A DNA stretch of 64,000 nucleotides from Auanema rhodensis (Eukaryota; Animalia; Nematoda), in the NCBI GenBank assembly GCA_964057225.1, contig OZ059898.1, positions 2,790,001 to 2,854,000 on the forward strand, read 5' to 3'. Position 1 is the first letter of the stretch, and each line of letters begins with the position of its first letter. The notes under the pieces were generated by a model. It searched no databases and was not told the origin of the DNA. It worked only from the letters and a program-made list of their open reading frames with translations. Shown here piece after piece: positions 10,701-25,623 of the stretch. A program made the position numbers and the translations under genes.

Positions 10701-12636
10701 GAGATATCAACTGATATAAGTTCACACTTATATCCTCGATTTTCACCCTGAAGAATTAATTTTTTCGTTGAATAACATTGTCCATCGTCTTTGCCTTGAA
10801 AAATGGAATCTAAAAACATCTACTTTTTGCTAAATTATTTTGAAATTTTTCGAAACAATTTTTGTCAAAATGTTTTTGGAAGCAATGTTGAGTGTACATG
10901 GAAACTCAACATACACTAATGCATCATTTTTCAAACGGTCATAACTAATTTTTATATCAAGCGTTTCTTAATGTAGTATAGTGCATTCGATCCGGATTTT
11001 TAAGCTGCGTCGATCTGTGTTATCAGATTTGCGCTAGCTTAAAAATGCACCGAGATATCAACTGATATAAGTTCACACTTATATCCTCGATTTTCACCCT
11101 GAAGAAATAATTTTTTCGTTGAATAACATTGTCCATCGTCTTTGCCTTGAAAAATCGAATCTAAAAACATCTACTTTTTGCTAAATTATTTTGAAATTTT
11201 TCGAAAAAATTTTTGTCAAAATGTTTTTGGAAGCAATGTTGAGTGTACATGGAAACTCAACATACACTAATGCATCATTTTTCTAACGATCATAACTAAT
11301 TTTTGTATTAAGCTTTTCTCAATGTAGTATAGTGCATTCGATGCGGATTTTTAAGCTGCGTCGATCTGTGTTATCAGATTTGCGCTAGCTTAAAAATGCA
11401 CCGAGATATCAACTGATATAAGTTCACACTTATATCCTCGATTTTCACCCTGAAGAATTAATTTTTTCGTTGAATAACATTGTCCATCGTCTTTGCCTTG
11501 AAAAATGGAATCTAAAAACATCTACTTTTTGCTAAATTATTTTGAAATTTTTCGAAACAATTTTTGTCAAAATGTTTTTGGAAGCAATGTTGAGTGTACA
11601 TGGAAACTCAACATACACTAATGCATCATTTTTCAAACGGTCATAACTAATTTTTGTATCAAGCGTTTCTTAATGTAGTATAGTGCATTCGATCCGGATT
11701 TTTAAGCTGCGTCGATCTGTGTTATCAGATTTGCGCTAGCTTAAAAATGCACCGAGATATCAACTGATATAAGTTCACACTTATATCCTCGATTTTCACC
11801 CTGAAGAATTAATTTTTTTGTTGAATAACATTGTCCATCGTCTTTGCCTTGAAAAATGGAATCTAAAAACATCTACTTTTTGCTAAATAATTTTGAAATT
11901 TTTCGAAAAAATTTTTGTCAAAATGTTTTTGGAAGCAATGTTGAGTGTACATGGAAACTCAACATACACTAATGCATCATTTTTCAAACGATCATAACTA
12001 ATTTTTGTATTAAGCTTTTCTCAATGTAGTATAGTGCATTCGATGCGGATTTTTAAGCTGCGTCGATCTGTGTTATCAGATTTGCGCTAGCTTAAAAATG
12101 CACCGAGATATCAACTGATATAAGTTCACACTTATATCCTCGATTTTCACCCTGAAGAATTAACTTTTTCGTTGAATAACATTGTCTATCGTCTTTGCCT
12201 TGAAAAATGGAATCTAAAAACATCTACTTTTTGCTAAATTATTCTGAAATTTTTCGAAAAAATTTTTGTCAAAATGTTTTTGGAAGCAATGTTGAGTGTA
12301 CATGGAAACTCAATATACACTAATGCATCATTTTTCAAACAATCATAACTAATTTTTGTATTAAGCTTTTCTCAATGTAGTATAGTGCATTCGATGCGGA
12401 TTTTTAAGCTGTTTCGATCTGTGTTATCAGATTTGCGCTAGCTTAAAAATGCACCGAGATATCAACTGATATAAGTTCACACTTATATCCTCGATTTTCA
12501 CCCTGAAGAATTAACTTTTTCGTTGAATAACATTGTCTATCGTCTTTGCCTTGAAAAATGGAATCTAAAAACATCTACTTTTTGGTAAATTATTTTGAAA
12601 TTTTTCGAAAAAATTTTTGTCAAAATGTTTTTGGAA

Positions 12637-15600
12637 GCAATGTTGAGTGTACATGGAAACTCAACATACACTAATGCATCATTTTTCAAACGATCATAAC
12701 TAATTTTTGTATTAAGCGTTTTTCAATGTAGTATAGTGCATTCGATGCGGATTTCTAAGCTGCGTCGATCTGTGTTATCAGATTTGCGCTAGCTTAAAAA
12801 TGCACCGAGATATCAACTGATATAAGTTCACACTTATATCCTCGATTTTCATCCTGAAGAATTAATTTTTTCGTTGAATAACATTGTCCATCGTCTTTGC
12901 CTTGAAAAATCGAATCTAAAAACATCTACTTTCCGCTAAATTATTTTGAAATTTTTCGAAAAAATTTTTGTCAAAATGTTTTTGGAAGCAATGTTGAGTG
13001 TACATGGAAACTCAACATACACTAATGCATCATTTTTCAAACGATCATAACTAATTTTTGTATTGAGCGTTTTTCAATGTAGTATAGTGCATTCGATGCG
13101 GATTTCTAAGCTGCGTCGATCTGTGTTATCAGATTTGCGCTAGCTTAAAAATGCACCGAGATATCAACTGATATAAGTTCACACTTATATCCTCGATTTT
13201 CATCCTGAAGAATTAATTTTTTCGTTGAATAACATTGTCCATCGTCTTTGCCTTGAAAAATCGAATCTAAAAACATCTACTTTTCGCTAAATTATCTTGA
13301 AATTTTTCGAAAAAATTTTTGTCAAAATGTTTTTGGAAGCAATGTTGAGTGTACATGGAAACTCAACATACACTAATGCATCATTTTTCAAACGATCATA
13401 ACTAATTTTTGTATTAAGCGTTTTTCAATGTAGTATAGTGCATTCGATGCGGATTTTCAAGCTGCGTCGATCTGTGTTATCAGATTTGCGCTAGCTTAAA
13501 AATGCACCGAGATATCAACTGATATAAGTTCACACTTATATCCTCGATTTTCATCCTGAAGAATTAATTTTTTCGTTGAATAACATTGTCCATCGTCTTT
13601 GCCTTGAAAAATGGAATCTAAAAACATCTACTTTTTGCTAAATTATTTCGAAATTTTTCGAAAAAATTTTTGTCAAAATGTTTTTGGAAGCAATGTTGAG
13701 TGTACATGGAAACTCAACATACACTAATGCATCATTTTTCAAACGATCATAACTAATTTTTGTATTAAGCGTTTTTCAATGTAGTATAGTGCATTCGATG
13801 CGGATTTTTAAACTGCGTCGATCTGTGTTATCAGATTTGCGCTAGCTTAAAAATGCACCGAGATATCAACTGATATAAGTTCACACTTATATCCTCGATT
13901 TTCATCCTGAAGAATTAATTTTTTCGTTGAATAACATTGTCCATCGTCTTTGCCTTGAAAAATCGAAACTAAAAACATCTACTTTTCGCTAAATTATTCT
14001 GAAATTTTTCGAAAAAATTTTTGTCAAAATGTTTTTGGAAGCAATGTTGAGTGTACATGGAAACTCAACATACACTAATGCATCATTTTTCAAACGATCA
14101 TAACTAATTTTTGTATCAAGTGTTTCTCAATGTAATATAGTGCATTCGATGCGGATTTTTAAGCTGCGTCGATCTGTGTTATCAGATTTGCGCTAGCTTA
14201 AAAATGCACCGAGATATCAACTGATACAAGTTCACACTTATATCCTCGATTTTCACCCTGAAGAAATAATTTTTTCGTTGAATAACATTGTCCATCGTCT
14301 TTGCCTTGAAAAAAGGATTCTAAAAACATCTACTTTTTGCTAAATTATTTTGAAATTTTTCGAAAAAATTTTTGTCAAAATGTTTTTGGAAGCAGTGTTG
14401 AGTGTACATGGAAACTCAACATACACTAATGCATCATTTTTCAAACGATCATAACTAATTTTTGTATCAAGCGTTTTTCAATGTAGTATAGTGCATTCGA
14501 TGCGGATTTCTAAGCTGCGTCGATCTGTGTTATCAGATTTGCGCTAGCTTAAAAATGCACCGAGATATCAACTGATATAAGTTCACACTTATATCCTCGA
14601 TTTTCATCCTGAAGAATTAATTTTTTCGTTGAATAACATTGTCCATCGTCTTTGCCTTGAAAAATCGAAACTAAAAACATCTACTTTTCGCTAAATTATT
14701 TTGAAATTTTTCGAAAAAATTTTTGTCAAAATGTTTTTGGAAGCAATGTTGAGTGTACATGGAAACTCAACATACACTAATGCATCATTTTTCAAACGAT
14801 CATAACTAATTTTTGTATTAAGCGTTTTTCAATGTAGTATAGTGCATTCGATGCGGATTTTCAAGCTGCGTCGATCTGTGTTATCAGATTTGCGCTAGCT
14901 TAAAAATGCACCGAGATATCAACTGATACAAGTTCACACTTATATCCTCGATTTTCACCCTGAAGAAATAATTTTTTCGTTGAATAACATTGTCCATCGT
15001 CTTTGCCTTGAAAAAAGGATTCTAAAAACATCTACTTTTTGCTAAATTATTTTGAAATTTTTCGAAAAAATTTTTGTCAAAATGTTTTTGGAAGCAGTGT
15101 TGAGTGTACATGGAAACTCAACATACACTAATGCATCATTTTTCAAACGATCATAACTAATTTTTGTATTAAGCGTTTTTCAATGTAGTATAGTGCATTC
15201 GATGCGGATTTCTAAGCTGCGTCGATCTGTGTTATCAGATTTGCGCTAGCTTAAAAATGCACCGAGATATCAACTGATATAAGTTCACACTTATATCCTC
15301 GATTTTCACCCTGAAGAATTAACTTTTTCGTTGAATAACATTGTCTATCGTCTTTGCCTTGAAAAATGGAATCTAAAAACATCTACTTTTTGGTAAATTA
15401 TTTTGAAATTTTTCGAAAAAATTTTTGTCAAAATGTTTTTGGAAGCAATGTTGAGTGTACATGGAAACTCAACATACACTAATGCATCATTTTTCAAACG
15501 ATCATAACTAATTTTTGTATTAAGCGTTTTTCAATGTAGTATAGTGCATTCGATGCGGATTTCTAAGCTGCGTCGATCTGTGTTATCAGATTTGCGCTAG

Positions 15601-18600
15601 CTTAAAAATGCACCGAGATATCAACTGATATAAGTTCACACTTATATCCTCGATTTTCATCCTGAAGAATTAATTTTTTCGTTGAACAACATTGTCCATC
15701 GTCTTTGCCTTGAAAAATCGAATCTAAAAACATCTACTTTCCGCTAAATTATTTTGAAATTTTTCGAAAAAATTTTTGTCAAAATGTTTTTGGAAGCAAT
15801 GTTGAGTGTACATGGAAACTCAACATACACTAATGCATCATTTTTCAAACAATCATAACTAATTTTTGTATTAAGCGTTTTTCAATGTAGTATAGTGCAT
15901 TCGATGCGGATTTTCAAGCTGCGTCGATCTGTGTTATCAGATTTGCGCTAGCTTAAAAATGCACCGAGATATCAACTGATATAAGTTCACACTTATATCC
16001 TCGATTTTCATCCTGAAGAATTAATTTTTTCGTTGAATAACATTGTCCATCGTCTTTGCCTTGAAAAATCGAAACTAAAAACATCTACTTTTCGCTAAAT
16101 TATTCTGAAATTTTTCGAAAAAATTTTTGTCAAAATGTTTTTGGAAGCAATGTTGAGTGTACATGGAAACTCAACATACACTAATGCATCATTTTTCAAA
16201 CGATCATAACTAATTTTTGTATCAAGTGTTTCTCAATGTAGTATAGTGCATTCGATGCGGATTTCTAAGCTGCGTCGATCTGTGTTATCAGATTTGCGCT
16301 AGCTTAAAAATGCACCGAGATATCAACTGATATAAGTTCACACTTATATCCTCGATTTTCATCCTGAAGAATTAATTTTTTCGTTGAACAACATTGTCCA
16401 TCGTCTTTGCCTTGAAAAATCGAATCTAAAAACATCTACTTTTCGCTAAATTATTTTGAAATTTTTCGAAAAAATTTTTGTCAAAATGTTTTTGGAAGCA
16501 ATGTTGAGTGTACATGGAAACTCAACATACACTAATGCATCATTTTTCAAACGATCATAACTAATTTTTGTATTAAGCGTTTTTCAATGTAGTATAGTGC
16601 ATTCGATGCGGATTTCTAAGCTGCGTCGATCTGTGTTATCAGATTTGCGCTAGCTTAAAAATGCACCGAGATATCAACTGATATAAGTTCACACTTATAT
16701 CCTCGATTTTCATCCTGAAGAATTAATTTTTTCGTTGAATAACATTGTCCATCGTCTTTGCCTTGAAAAATCGAATCTAAAAACATCTACTTTTCGCTAA
16801 ATTATTCTGAAATTTTTCGAAAAAATTTTTGTCAAAATGTTTTTGGAAGCAATGTTGAGTGTACATGGAAACTCAACATACACTAATGCATCATTTTTCA
16901 AACGATCATAACTAATTTTTGTATTAAGCGTTTTTCAATGTAGTATAGTGCATTCGATGCGGATTTTCAAGCTGCGTCGATCTGTGTTATCAGATTTGCG
17001 CTAGCTTAAAAATGCACCGAGATATCAACTGATATAAGTTCACACTTATATCCTCGATTTTCATCCTGAAGAATTAATTTTTTCGTTGAATAACATTGTC
17101 CATCGTCTTTGCCTTGAAAAATGGAATCTAAAAACATCTACTTTTTGGTAAATTATTTTGAAATTTTTCGAAAAAATTTTTGTCAAAATGTTTTTGGAAG
17201 CAATGTTGAGTGTACATGGAAACTCAACATACACTAATGCATCATTTTTCAAACGATCATAACTAATTTTTGTATTAAGCGTTTTTCAATGTAGTATAGT
17301 GCATTCGATGCGGATTTCTGAGCTGCGTCGATCTGTGTTATCAGATTTGCGCTAGCTTAAAAATGCACCGAGATATCAACTGATATAAGTTCACACTTAT
17401 ATCCTCGATTTTCATCCTGAAGAATTAATTTTTTCGTTGAATAACATTGTCCATCGTCTTTGCCTTGAAAAATCGAATCTAAAAACATCTACTTTCCGCT
17501 AAATTATTTTGAAATTTTTCGAAAAAATTTTTGTCAAAATGTTTTTGGAAGCAATGTTGAGTGTACATGGAAACTCAACATACACTAATGCATCATTTTT
17601 CAAACGATCATAACTAATTTTTGTATTAAGCGTTTTTCAATGTAGTATAGTGCGTTCGATGCGGATTTTCAAGCTGCGTCGATCTGTGTTATCAGATTTG
17701 CGCTAGCTTAAAAATGCACCGAGATATCAACTGATATAAGTTCACACTTATATCCTCGATTTTCATCCTGAAGAATTAATTTTTTCGTTGAATAACATTG
17801 TCCATCGTCTTTGCCTTGAAAAATGGAATCTAAAAACATCTACTTTTTGGTAAATTATTTTGAAATTTTTCGAAAAAATTTTTGTCAAAATGTTTTTGGA
17901 AGCAATGTTGAGTGTACATGGAAACTCAACATACACTAATGCATCATTTTTCAAACGATCATAACTAATTTTTGTATTAAGCGTTTTTCAATGTAGTATA
18001 GTGCATTCGATGCGGATTTCTAAGCTGCGTCGATCTGTGTTATCAGATTTGCGCTAGCTTAAAAATGCACCGAGATATCAACTGATATAAGTTCACACTT
18101 ATATCCTCGATTTTCATCCTGAAGAATTAATTTTTTCGTTGAATAACATTGTCCATCGTCTTTGCCTTGAAAAATCGAATCTAAAAACATCTACTTTCCG
18201 CTAAATTATTTTGAAATTTTTCGAAAAAATTTTTGTCAAAATGTTTTTGGAAGCAATGTTGAGTGTACATGGAAACTCAACATACACTAATGCATCATTT
18301 TTCAAACAATCATAACTAATTTTTGTATTAAGCGTTTTTCAATGTAGTATAGTGCATTCGATGCGGATTTTCAAGCTGCGTCGATCTGTGTTATCAGATT
18401 TGCGCTAGCTTAAAAATGCACCGAGATATCAACTGATATAAGTTCACACTTATATCCTCGATTTTCATCCTGAAGAATTAATTTTTTCGTTGAATAACAT
18501 TGTCCATCGTCTTTGCCTTGAAAAATGGAATCTAAAAACATCTACTTTTTGCTAAATTATTTTGAAATTTTTCGAAAAAATTTTTGTCAAAATGTTTTTG

Positions 18601-21411
18601 GAAGCAATGTTGAGTGTACATGGAAACTCAACATACACTAATGCATCATTTTTCAAACGATCATAACTAATTTTTGTATTAAGCGTTTTTCAATGTAGTA
18701 TAGTGCATTCGATGCGGATTTCTAAGCTGCGTCGATCTGTGTTATCAGATTTGCGCTAGCTTAAAAATGCACCGAGATATCAACTGATATAAGTTCACAC
18801 TTATATCCTCGATTTTCATCCTGAAGAATTAATTTTTTCGTTGAATAACATTGTCCATCGTCTTTGCCTTGAAAAATCGAATCTAAAAACATCTACTTTT
18901 CGCTAAATTATTTTGAAATTTTTCGAAAAAATTTTTGTCAAAATGTTTTTGGAAGCAATGTTGAGTGTACATGGAAACTCAACATACACTAATGCATCAT
19001 TTTTCAAACGATCATAACTAATTTTTGTATTAAGCGTTTTTCAATGTAGTATAGTGCATTCGATGCGGATTTCTAAGCTGCGTCGATCTGTGTTATCAGA
19101 TTTGCGCTAGCTTAAAAATGCACCGAGATATCAACTGATATAAGTTCACACTTATATCCTCGATTTTCATCCTGAAGAATTAATTTTTTCGTTGAATAAC
19201 ATTGTCCATCGTCTTTGCCTTGAAAAATCGAATCTAAAAACATCTACTTTTCGCTAAATTATTTTGAAATTTTTCGAAAAAATTTTTGTCAAAATGTTTT
19301 TGGAAGCAATGTTGAGTGTACATGGAAACTCAACATACACTAATGCATCATTTTTCAAACGATCATAACTAATTTTTGTATTAAGCGTTTTTCAATGTAG
19401 TATAGTGCATTCGATGCGGATTTCTAAGCTGCGTCGATCTGTGTTATCAGATTTGCGCTAGCTTAAAAATGCACCGAGATATCAACTGATATAAGTTCAC
19501 ACTTATATCCTCGATTTTCATCCTGAAGAATTAATTTTTTCGTTGAATAACATTGTCCATCGTCTTTGCCTTGAAAAATCGAATCTAAAAACATCTACTT
19601 TTCGCTAAATTATTTTGAAATTTTTCGAAAAAATTTTTGTCAAAATGTTTTTGGAAGCAATGTTGAGTGTACATGGAAACTCAACATACACTAATGCATC
19701 ATTTTTCAAACGATCATAACTAATTTTTGTATTAAGCGTTTTTCAATGTAGTATAGTGCATTCGATGCGAATTTTCAAGCTGCGTCGATCTGTGTTATCA
19801 GATTTGCGCTAGCTTAAAAATGCACCGAGATATCAACTGATATAAGTTCACACTTATATCCTCGATTTTCATCCTGAAGAATTAATTTTTTCGTTGAATA
19901 ACATTGTCCATCGTCTTTGCCTTGAAAAATGGAATCTAAAAACATCTACTTTTTGCTAAATTATTTCGAAATTTTTCGAAAAAATTTTTGTCAAAATGTT
20001 TTTGGAAGCAATGTTGAGTGTACATGGAAACTCAACATACACTAATGCATCATTTTTCAAACGATCATAACTAATTTTTGTATTAAGCGTTTTTCAATGT
20101 AGTATAGTGCATTCGATGCGGATTTCTAAGCTGCGTCGATCTGTGTTATCAGATTTGCGCTAGCTTAAAAATGCACCGAGATATCAACTGATATAAGTTC
20201 ACACTTATATCCTCGATTTTCATCCTGAAGAATTAATTTTTTCGTTGAATAACATTGTCCATCGTCTTTGCCTTGAAAAATCGAATCTAAAAACATCTAC
20301 TTTTCGCTAAATTATTTTGAAATTTTTCGAAAAAATTTTTGTCAAAATGTTTTTGGAAGCAATGTTGAGTGTACATGGAAACTCAACATACACTAATGCA
20401 TCATTTTTCAAACGATCATAACTAATTTTTGTATTAAGCGTTTTTCAATGTAGTATAGTGCATTCGATGCGGATTTCTAAGCTGCGTCGATCTGTGTTAT
20501 CAGATTTGCGCTAGCTTAAAAATGCACCGAGATATCAACTGATATAAGTTCACACTTATATCCTCGATTTTCATCCTGAAGAATTAATTTTTTCGTTGAA
20601 TAACATTGTCCATCGTCTTTGCCTTGAAAAATCGAATCTAAAAACATCTACTTTTCGCTAAATTATTTCGAAATTTTTCGAAAAAATTTTTGTCAAAATG
20701 TTTTTGGAAGCAATGTTGAGTGTACATGGAAACTCAACATACACTAATGCATCATTTTTCAAACGATCATAACTAATTTTTGTATTAAGCGTTTTTCAAT
20801 GTAGTATAGTGCATTCGATGCGGATTTCTAAGCTGCGTCGATCTGTGTTATCAGATTTGCGCTAGCTTAAAAATGCACCGAGATATCAACTGATATAAGT
20901 TCACACTTATATCCTCGATTTTCATCCTGAAGAATTAATTTTTTCGTTGAATAACATTGTCCATCGTCTTTGCCTTGAAAAATCGAATCTAAAAACATCT
21001 ACTTTTCGCTAAATTATTTTGAAATTTTTCGAAAAAATTTTTGTCAAAATGTTTTTGGAAGCAATGTTGAGTGTACATGGAAACTCAACATACACTAATG
21101 CATCATTTTTCAAACGATCATAACTAATTTTTGTATTAAGCGTTTTTCAATGTAGTATAGTGCATTCGATGCGAATTTTCAAGCTGCGTCGATCTGTGTT
21201 ATCAGATTTGCGCTAGCTTAAAAATGCACCGAGATATCAACTGATATAAGTTCACACTTATATCCTCGATTTTCATCCTGAAGAATTAATTTTTTCGTTG
21301 AATAACATTGTCCATCGTCTTTGCCTTGAAAAATGGAATCTAAAAACATCTACTTTTTGCTAAATTATTTCGAAATTTTTCGAAAAAATTTTTGTCAAAA
21401 TGTTTTTGGAA
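12637..21411. repeat. Subarray 2: monomers dominated by T216 (CATCC), C119 or C120, C275 (TCGAAT) and C298, with local dimer and tetramer duplications
   Basis: CATCC first appears at monomer 37 (12637); all 36 earlier monomers read CACCC. The right boundary is approximate. Confidence 0.75.
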
Positions 21412-23517
21412 GCAATGTTGAGTGTACATGGAAACTCAACATACACTAATGCATCATTTTTCAAACGATCATAACTAATTTTTGTATTAAGCGTTTTTCA
21501 ATGTAGTATAGTGCATTCGATGCGGATTTTCAAGCTGCGTCGATCTGTGTTATCAGATTTGCGCTAGCTTAAAAATGCACCGAGATATCAACTGATATAA
21601 GTTCACACTTATATCCTCGATTTTCATCCTGAAGAATTAATTTTTTCGTTGAATAACATTGTCCATCGTCTTTGCCTTGAAAAATGGAAACTAAAAACAT
21701 CTACTTTTCGCTAAATTATTTTGAAATTTTTCGAAAAAATTTTTGTCAAAATGTTTTTGGAAGCAATGTTGAGTGTACATGGAAACTCAACATACACTAA
21801 TGCATCATTTTTCAAACGATCATAACTAATTTTTGTATCAAGCGTTTTTCAATGTAGTATAGTGCATTCGATGCAGATTTTTAAGCTGCGTCGATCTGTG
21901 TTATCAGATTTGCGCTAGCTTAAAAATGCACCGAGATATCAACTGATACAAGTTCACACTTATATCCTCGATTTTCACCCTGAAGAATTAATTTTTTCGT
22001 TGAATAACATTGTCCATCGTCTTTGCCTTGAAAAATGGAATCTAAAAACATCTACTTTTTGCTAAATTATTTCGAAATTTTTCGAAAAAATTTTTGTCAA
22101 AATGTTTTTGGAAGCAATGTTGAGTGTACATGGAAACTCAACATACACTAATGCATCATTTTTCAAACGATCATAACTAATTTTTGTATTAAGCGTTTTT
22201 CAATGTAGTATAGTGCATTCGATGCGGATTTTCAAGCTGCGTCGATCTGTGTTATCAGATTTGCGCTAGCTTAAAAATGCACCGAGATATCAACTGATAT
22301 AAGTTCACACTTATATCCTCGATTTTCATCCTGAAGAATTAATTTTTTCGTTGAATAACATTGTCCATCGTCTTTGCCTTGAAAAATGGAAACTAAAAAC
22401 ATCTACTTTTCGCTAAATTATTTTGAAATTTTTCGAAAAAATTTTTGTCAAAATGTTTTTGGAAGCAATGTTGAGTGTACATGGAAACTCAACATACACT
22501 AATGCATCATTTTTCAAACGATCATAACTAATTTTTGTATCAAGCGTTTTTCAATGTAGTATAGTGCATTCGATGCGGATTTTTAAGCTGCGTCGATCTG
22601 TGTTATCAGATTTGCGCTAGCTTAAAAATGCACCGAGATATCAACTGATACAAGTTCACACTTATATCCTCGATTTTCACCCTGAAGAAATAATTTTTTC
22701 GTTGAATAACATTGTCCATCGTCTTTGCCTTGAAAAAAGGAATCTAAAAACATCTACTTTTTGCTAAATTATTTTGAAATTTTTCGAAAAAATTTTTGTC
22801 AAAATGTTTTTGGAAGCAATGTTGAGTGTACATGGAAACTCAACATACACTAATGCATCATTTTTCAAACGATCATAACTTATTTTTGTATTAAGCTTTT
22901 CTCAATGTAGTATAGTGCATTCGATGCGGATTTTTAAGCTGCGTCGATCTGTGTTATCGGATTTGCGCTAGCTTAAAAATGCACCGAGATATCAACTGAT
23001 ATAAGTTCACACTTATATCCTCGATTTTCACCCTGAAGAAATAATTTTTTCGTTGAATAACATTGTCCATCGTCTTCGCCTTGAAAAAAGGAATCTAAAA
23101 ACATCTACTTTTTGCTAAATTATTTTGAAATTTTCCGAAAAAATTTTTGTCAAAATGTTTTTGGAAGCAATGTTGAGTGTACATGGAAACTCAACATACA
23201 CTAATGCATCATTTTTCAAACGATCATAACTAATTTTTGTATTAAGCGTTTTTCAATGTAGTATAGTGCATTCGATGCGGATTTTCAAGCTGCGTCGATC
23301 TGTGTTATCAGATTTGCGCTAGCTTAAAAATGCACCGAGATATCAACTGATATAAGTTCACACTTATATCCTCGATTTTTATCCTGAAGAATTAATTTTT
23401 TCGTTGAATAACATTGTCCATCGTCTTTGCCTTGAAAAATGGAATCTAAAAACATCTACTTTTTGCTAAATTATTTCGAAATTTTTCGAAAAAATTTTTG
23501 TCAAAATGTTTTTGGAA

Positions 23518-25623
23518 GCAATGTTGAGTGTACATGGAAACTCAACATACACTAATGCATCATTTTTCAAACGATCATAACTAATTTTTGTATTAAGCGT
23601 TTTTCAATGTAGTATAGTGCATTCGATGCGGATTTTTAAGCTGCGTCGATCTGTGTTATCAGATTTGCGCTAGCTTAAAAATGCACCGAGATATCAACTG
23701 ATATAAGTTCACACTTATATCCTCGATTTTCATCCTGAAGAATTAATTTTTTCGTTGAATAACATTGTCCATCGTCTTTGCCTTGAAAAATCGAAACTAA
23801 AAACATCTACTTTTCGCTAAATTATTTTGAAATTTTTCGAAAAAATTTTTGTCAAAATGTTTTTGGAAGCAATGTTGAGTGTACATGGAAACTCAACATA
23901 CACTAATGCATCATTTTTCAAACGATCATAACTAATTTTTGTATCAAGCGTTTTTCAATGTAGTATAGTGCATTCGATGCGGATTTTTAAGCTGCGTCGA
24001 TCTGTGTTATCAGATTTGCGCTAGCTTAAAAATGCACCGAGATATCAACTGATACAAGTTCACACTTATATCCTCGATTTTCACCCTGAAGAAATAATTT
24101 TTTCGTTGAATAACATTGTCCATCGTCTTTGCCTTGAAAAAAGGATTCTAAAAACATCTACTTTTTGCTAAATTATTTTGAAATTTTTCGAAAAAATTTT
24201 TGTCAAAATGTTTTTGGAAGCAATGTTGAGTGTACATGGAAACTCAACATACACTAATGCATCATTTTTCAAACGATCATAACTAATTTTTGTATTAAGC
24301 GTTTTTCAATGTAGTATAGTGCATTCGATGCGGATTTTTAAGCTGCGTCGATCTGTGTTATCAGATTTGCGCTAGCTTAAAAATGCACCGAGATATCAAC
24401 TGATATAAGTTCACACTTATATCCTCGATTTTCATCCTGAAGAATTAATTTTTTCGTTGAATAACATTGTCCATCGTCTTTGCCTTGAAAAATCGAAACT
24501 AAAAACATCTACTTTTCGCTAAATTATTTTGAAATTTTTCGAAAAAATTTTTGTCAAAATGTTTTTGGAAGCAATGTTGAGTGTACATGGAAACTCAACA
24601 TACACTAATGCATCATTTTTCAAACGATCATAACTAATTTTTGTATCAAGCGTTTTTCAATGTAGTATAGTGCATTCGATGCGGATTTTTAAGCTGCGTC
24701 GATCTGTGTTATCAGATTTGCGCTAGCTTAAAAATGCACCGAGATATCAACTGATACAAGTTCACACTTATATCCTCGATTTTCACCCTGAAGAAATAAT
24801 TTTTTCGTTGAATAACATTGTCCATCGTCTTTGCCTTGAAAAAAGGATTCTAAAAACATCTACTTTTTGCTAAATTATTTTGAAATTTTTCGAAAAAATT
24901 TTTGTCAAAATGTTTTTGGAAGCAATGTTGAGTGTACATGGAAACTCAACATACACTAATGCATCATTTTTCAAACGATCATAACTAATTTTTGTATTAA
25001 GCGTTTTTCAATGTAGTATAGTGCATTCGATGCGGATTTTTAAGCTGCGTCGATCTGTGTTATCAGATTTGCGCTAGCTTAAAAATGCACCGAGATATCA
25101 ACTGATATAAGTTCACACTTATATCCTCGATTTTCATCCTGAAGAATTAATTTTTTCGTTGAATAACATTGTCCATCGTCTTTGCCTTGAAAAATCGAAA
25201 CTAAAAACATCTACTTTTCGCTAAATTATTTTGAAATTTTTCGAAAAAATTTTTGTCAAAATGTTTTTGGAAGCAATGTTGAGTGTACATGGAAACTCAA
25301 CATACACTAATGCATCATTTTTCAAACGATCATAACTAATTTTTGTATCAAGCGTTTTTCAATGTAGTATAGTGCATTCGATGCGGATTTTTAAGCTGCG
25401 TCGATCTGTGTTATCAGATTTGCGCTAGCTTAAAAATGCACCGAGATATCAACTGATACAAGTTCACACTTATATCCTCGATTTTCACCCTGAAGAAATA
25501 ATTTTTTCGTTGAATAACATTGTCCATCGTCTTTGCCTTGAAAAAAGGATTCTAAAAACATCTACTTTTTGCTAAATTATTTTGAAATTTTTCGAAAAAA
25601 TTTTTGTCAAAATGTTTTTGGAA
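23518..25623. repeat. Dimeric HOR (702 bp) x3: G (T216, TCGAAACT, C298) alternating with H (C77, C187, A226, AAAAGGATTC)
   Basis: Monomers 68-73 alternate G,H,G,H,G,H. Confidence 0.85.

Larger units (their letters stand above)
1..12636. repeat. HOR domain 1: ~8-mer (2808 bp), order A-B-C-D-E-E-E'-F, with 9-, 8-, 2-, 8- and 5-mer variants
   Basis: Diagnostic alleles: A (T52, C326); B (G57, C111, T236, A306); C (C230, T253, C310); D (T29, A56, T253, G300); E (AAGTGTTTCTC, A95); F (G57, A73, C111, A226). Units start at 1, 3160, 5968, 6670, 9478 and 11233 (last one partial). Confidence 0.85.
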
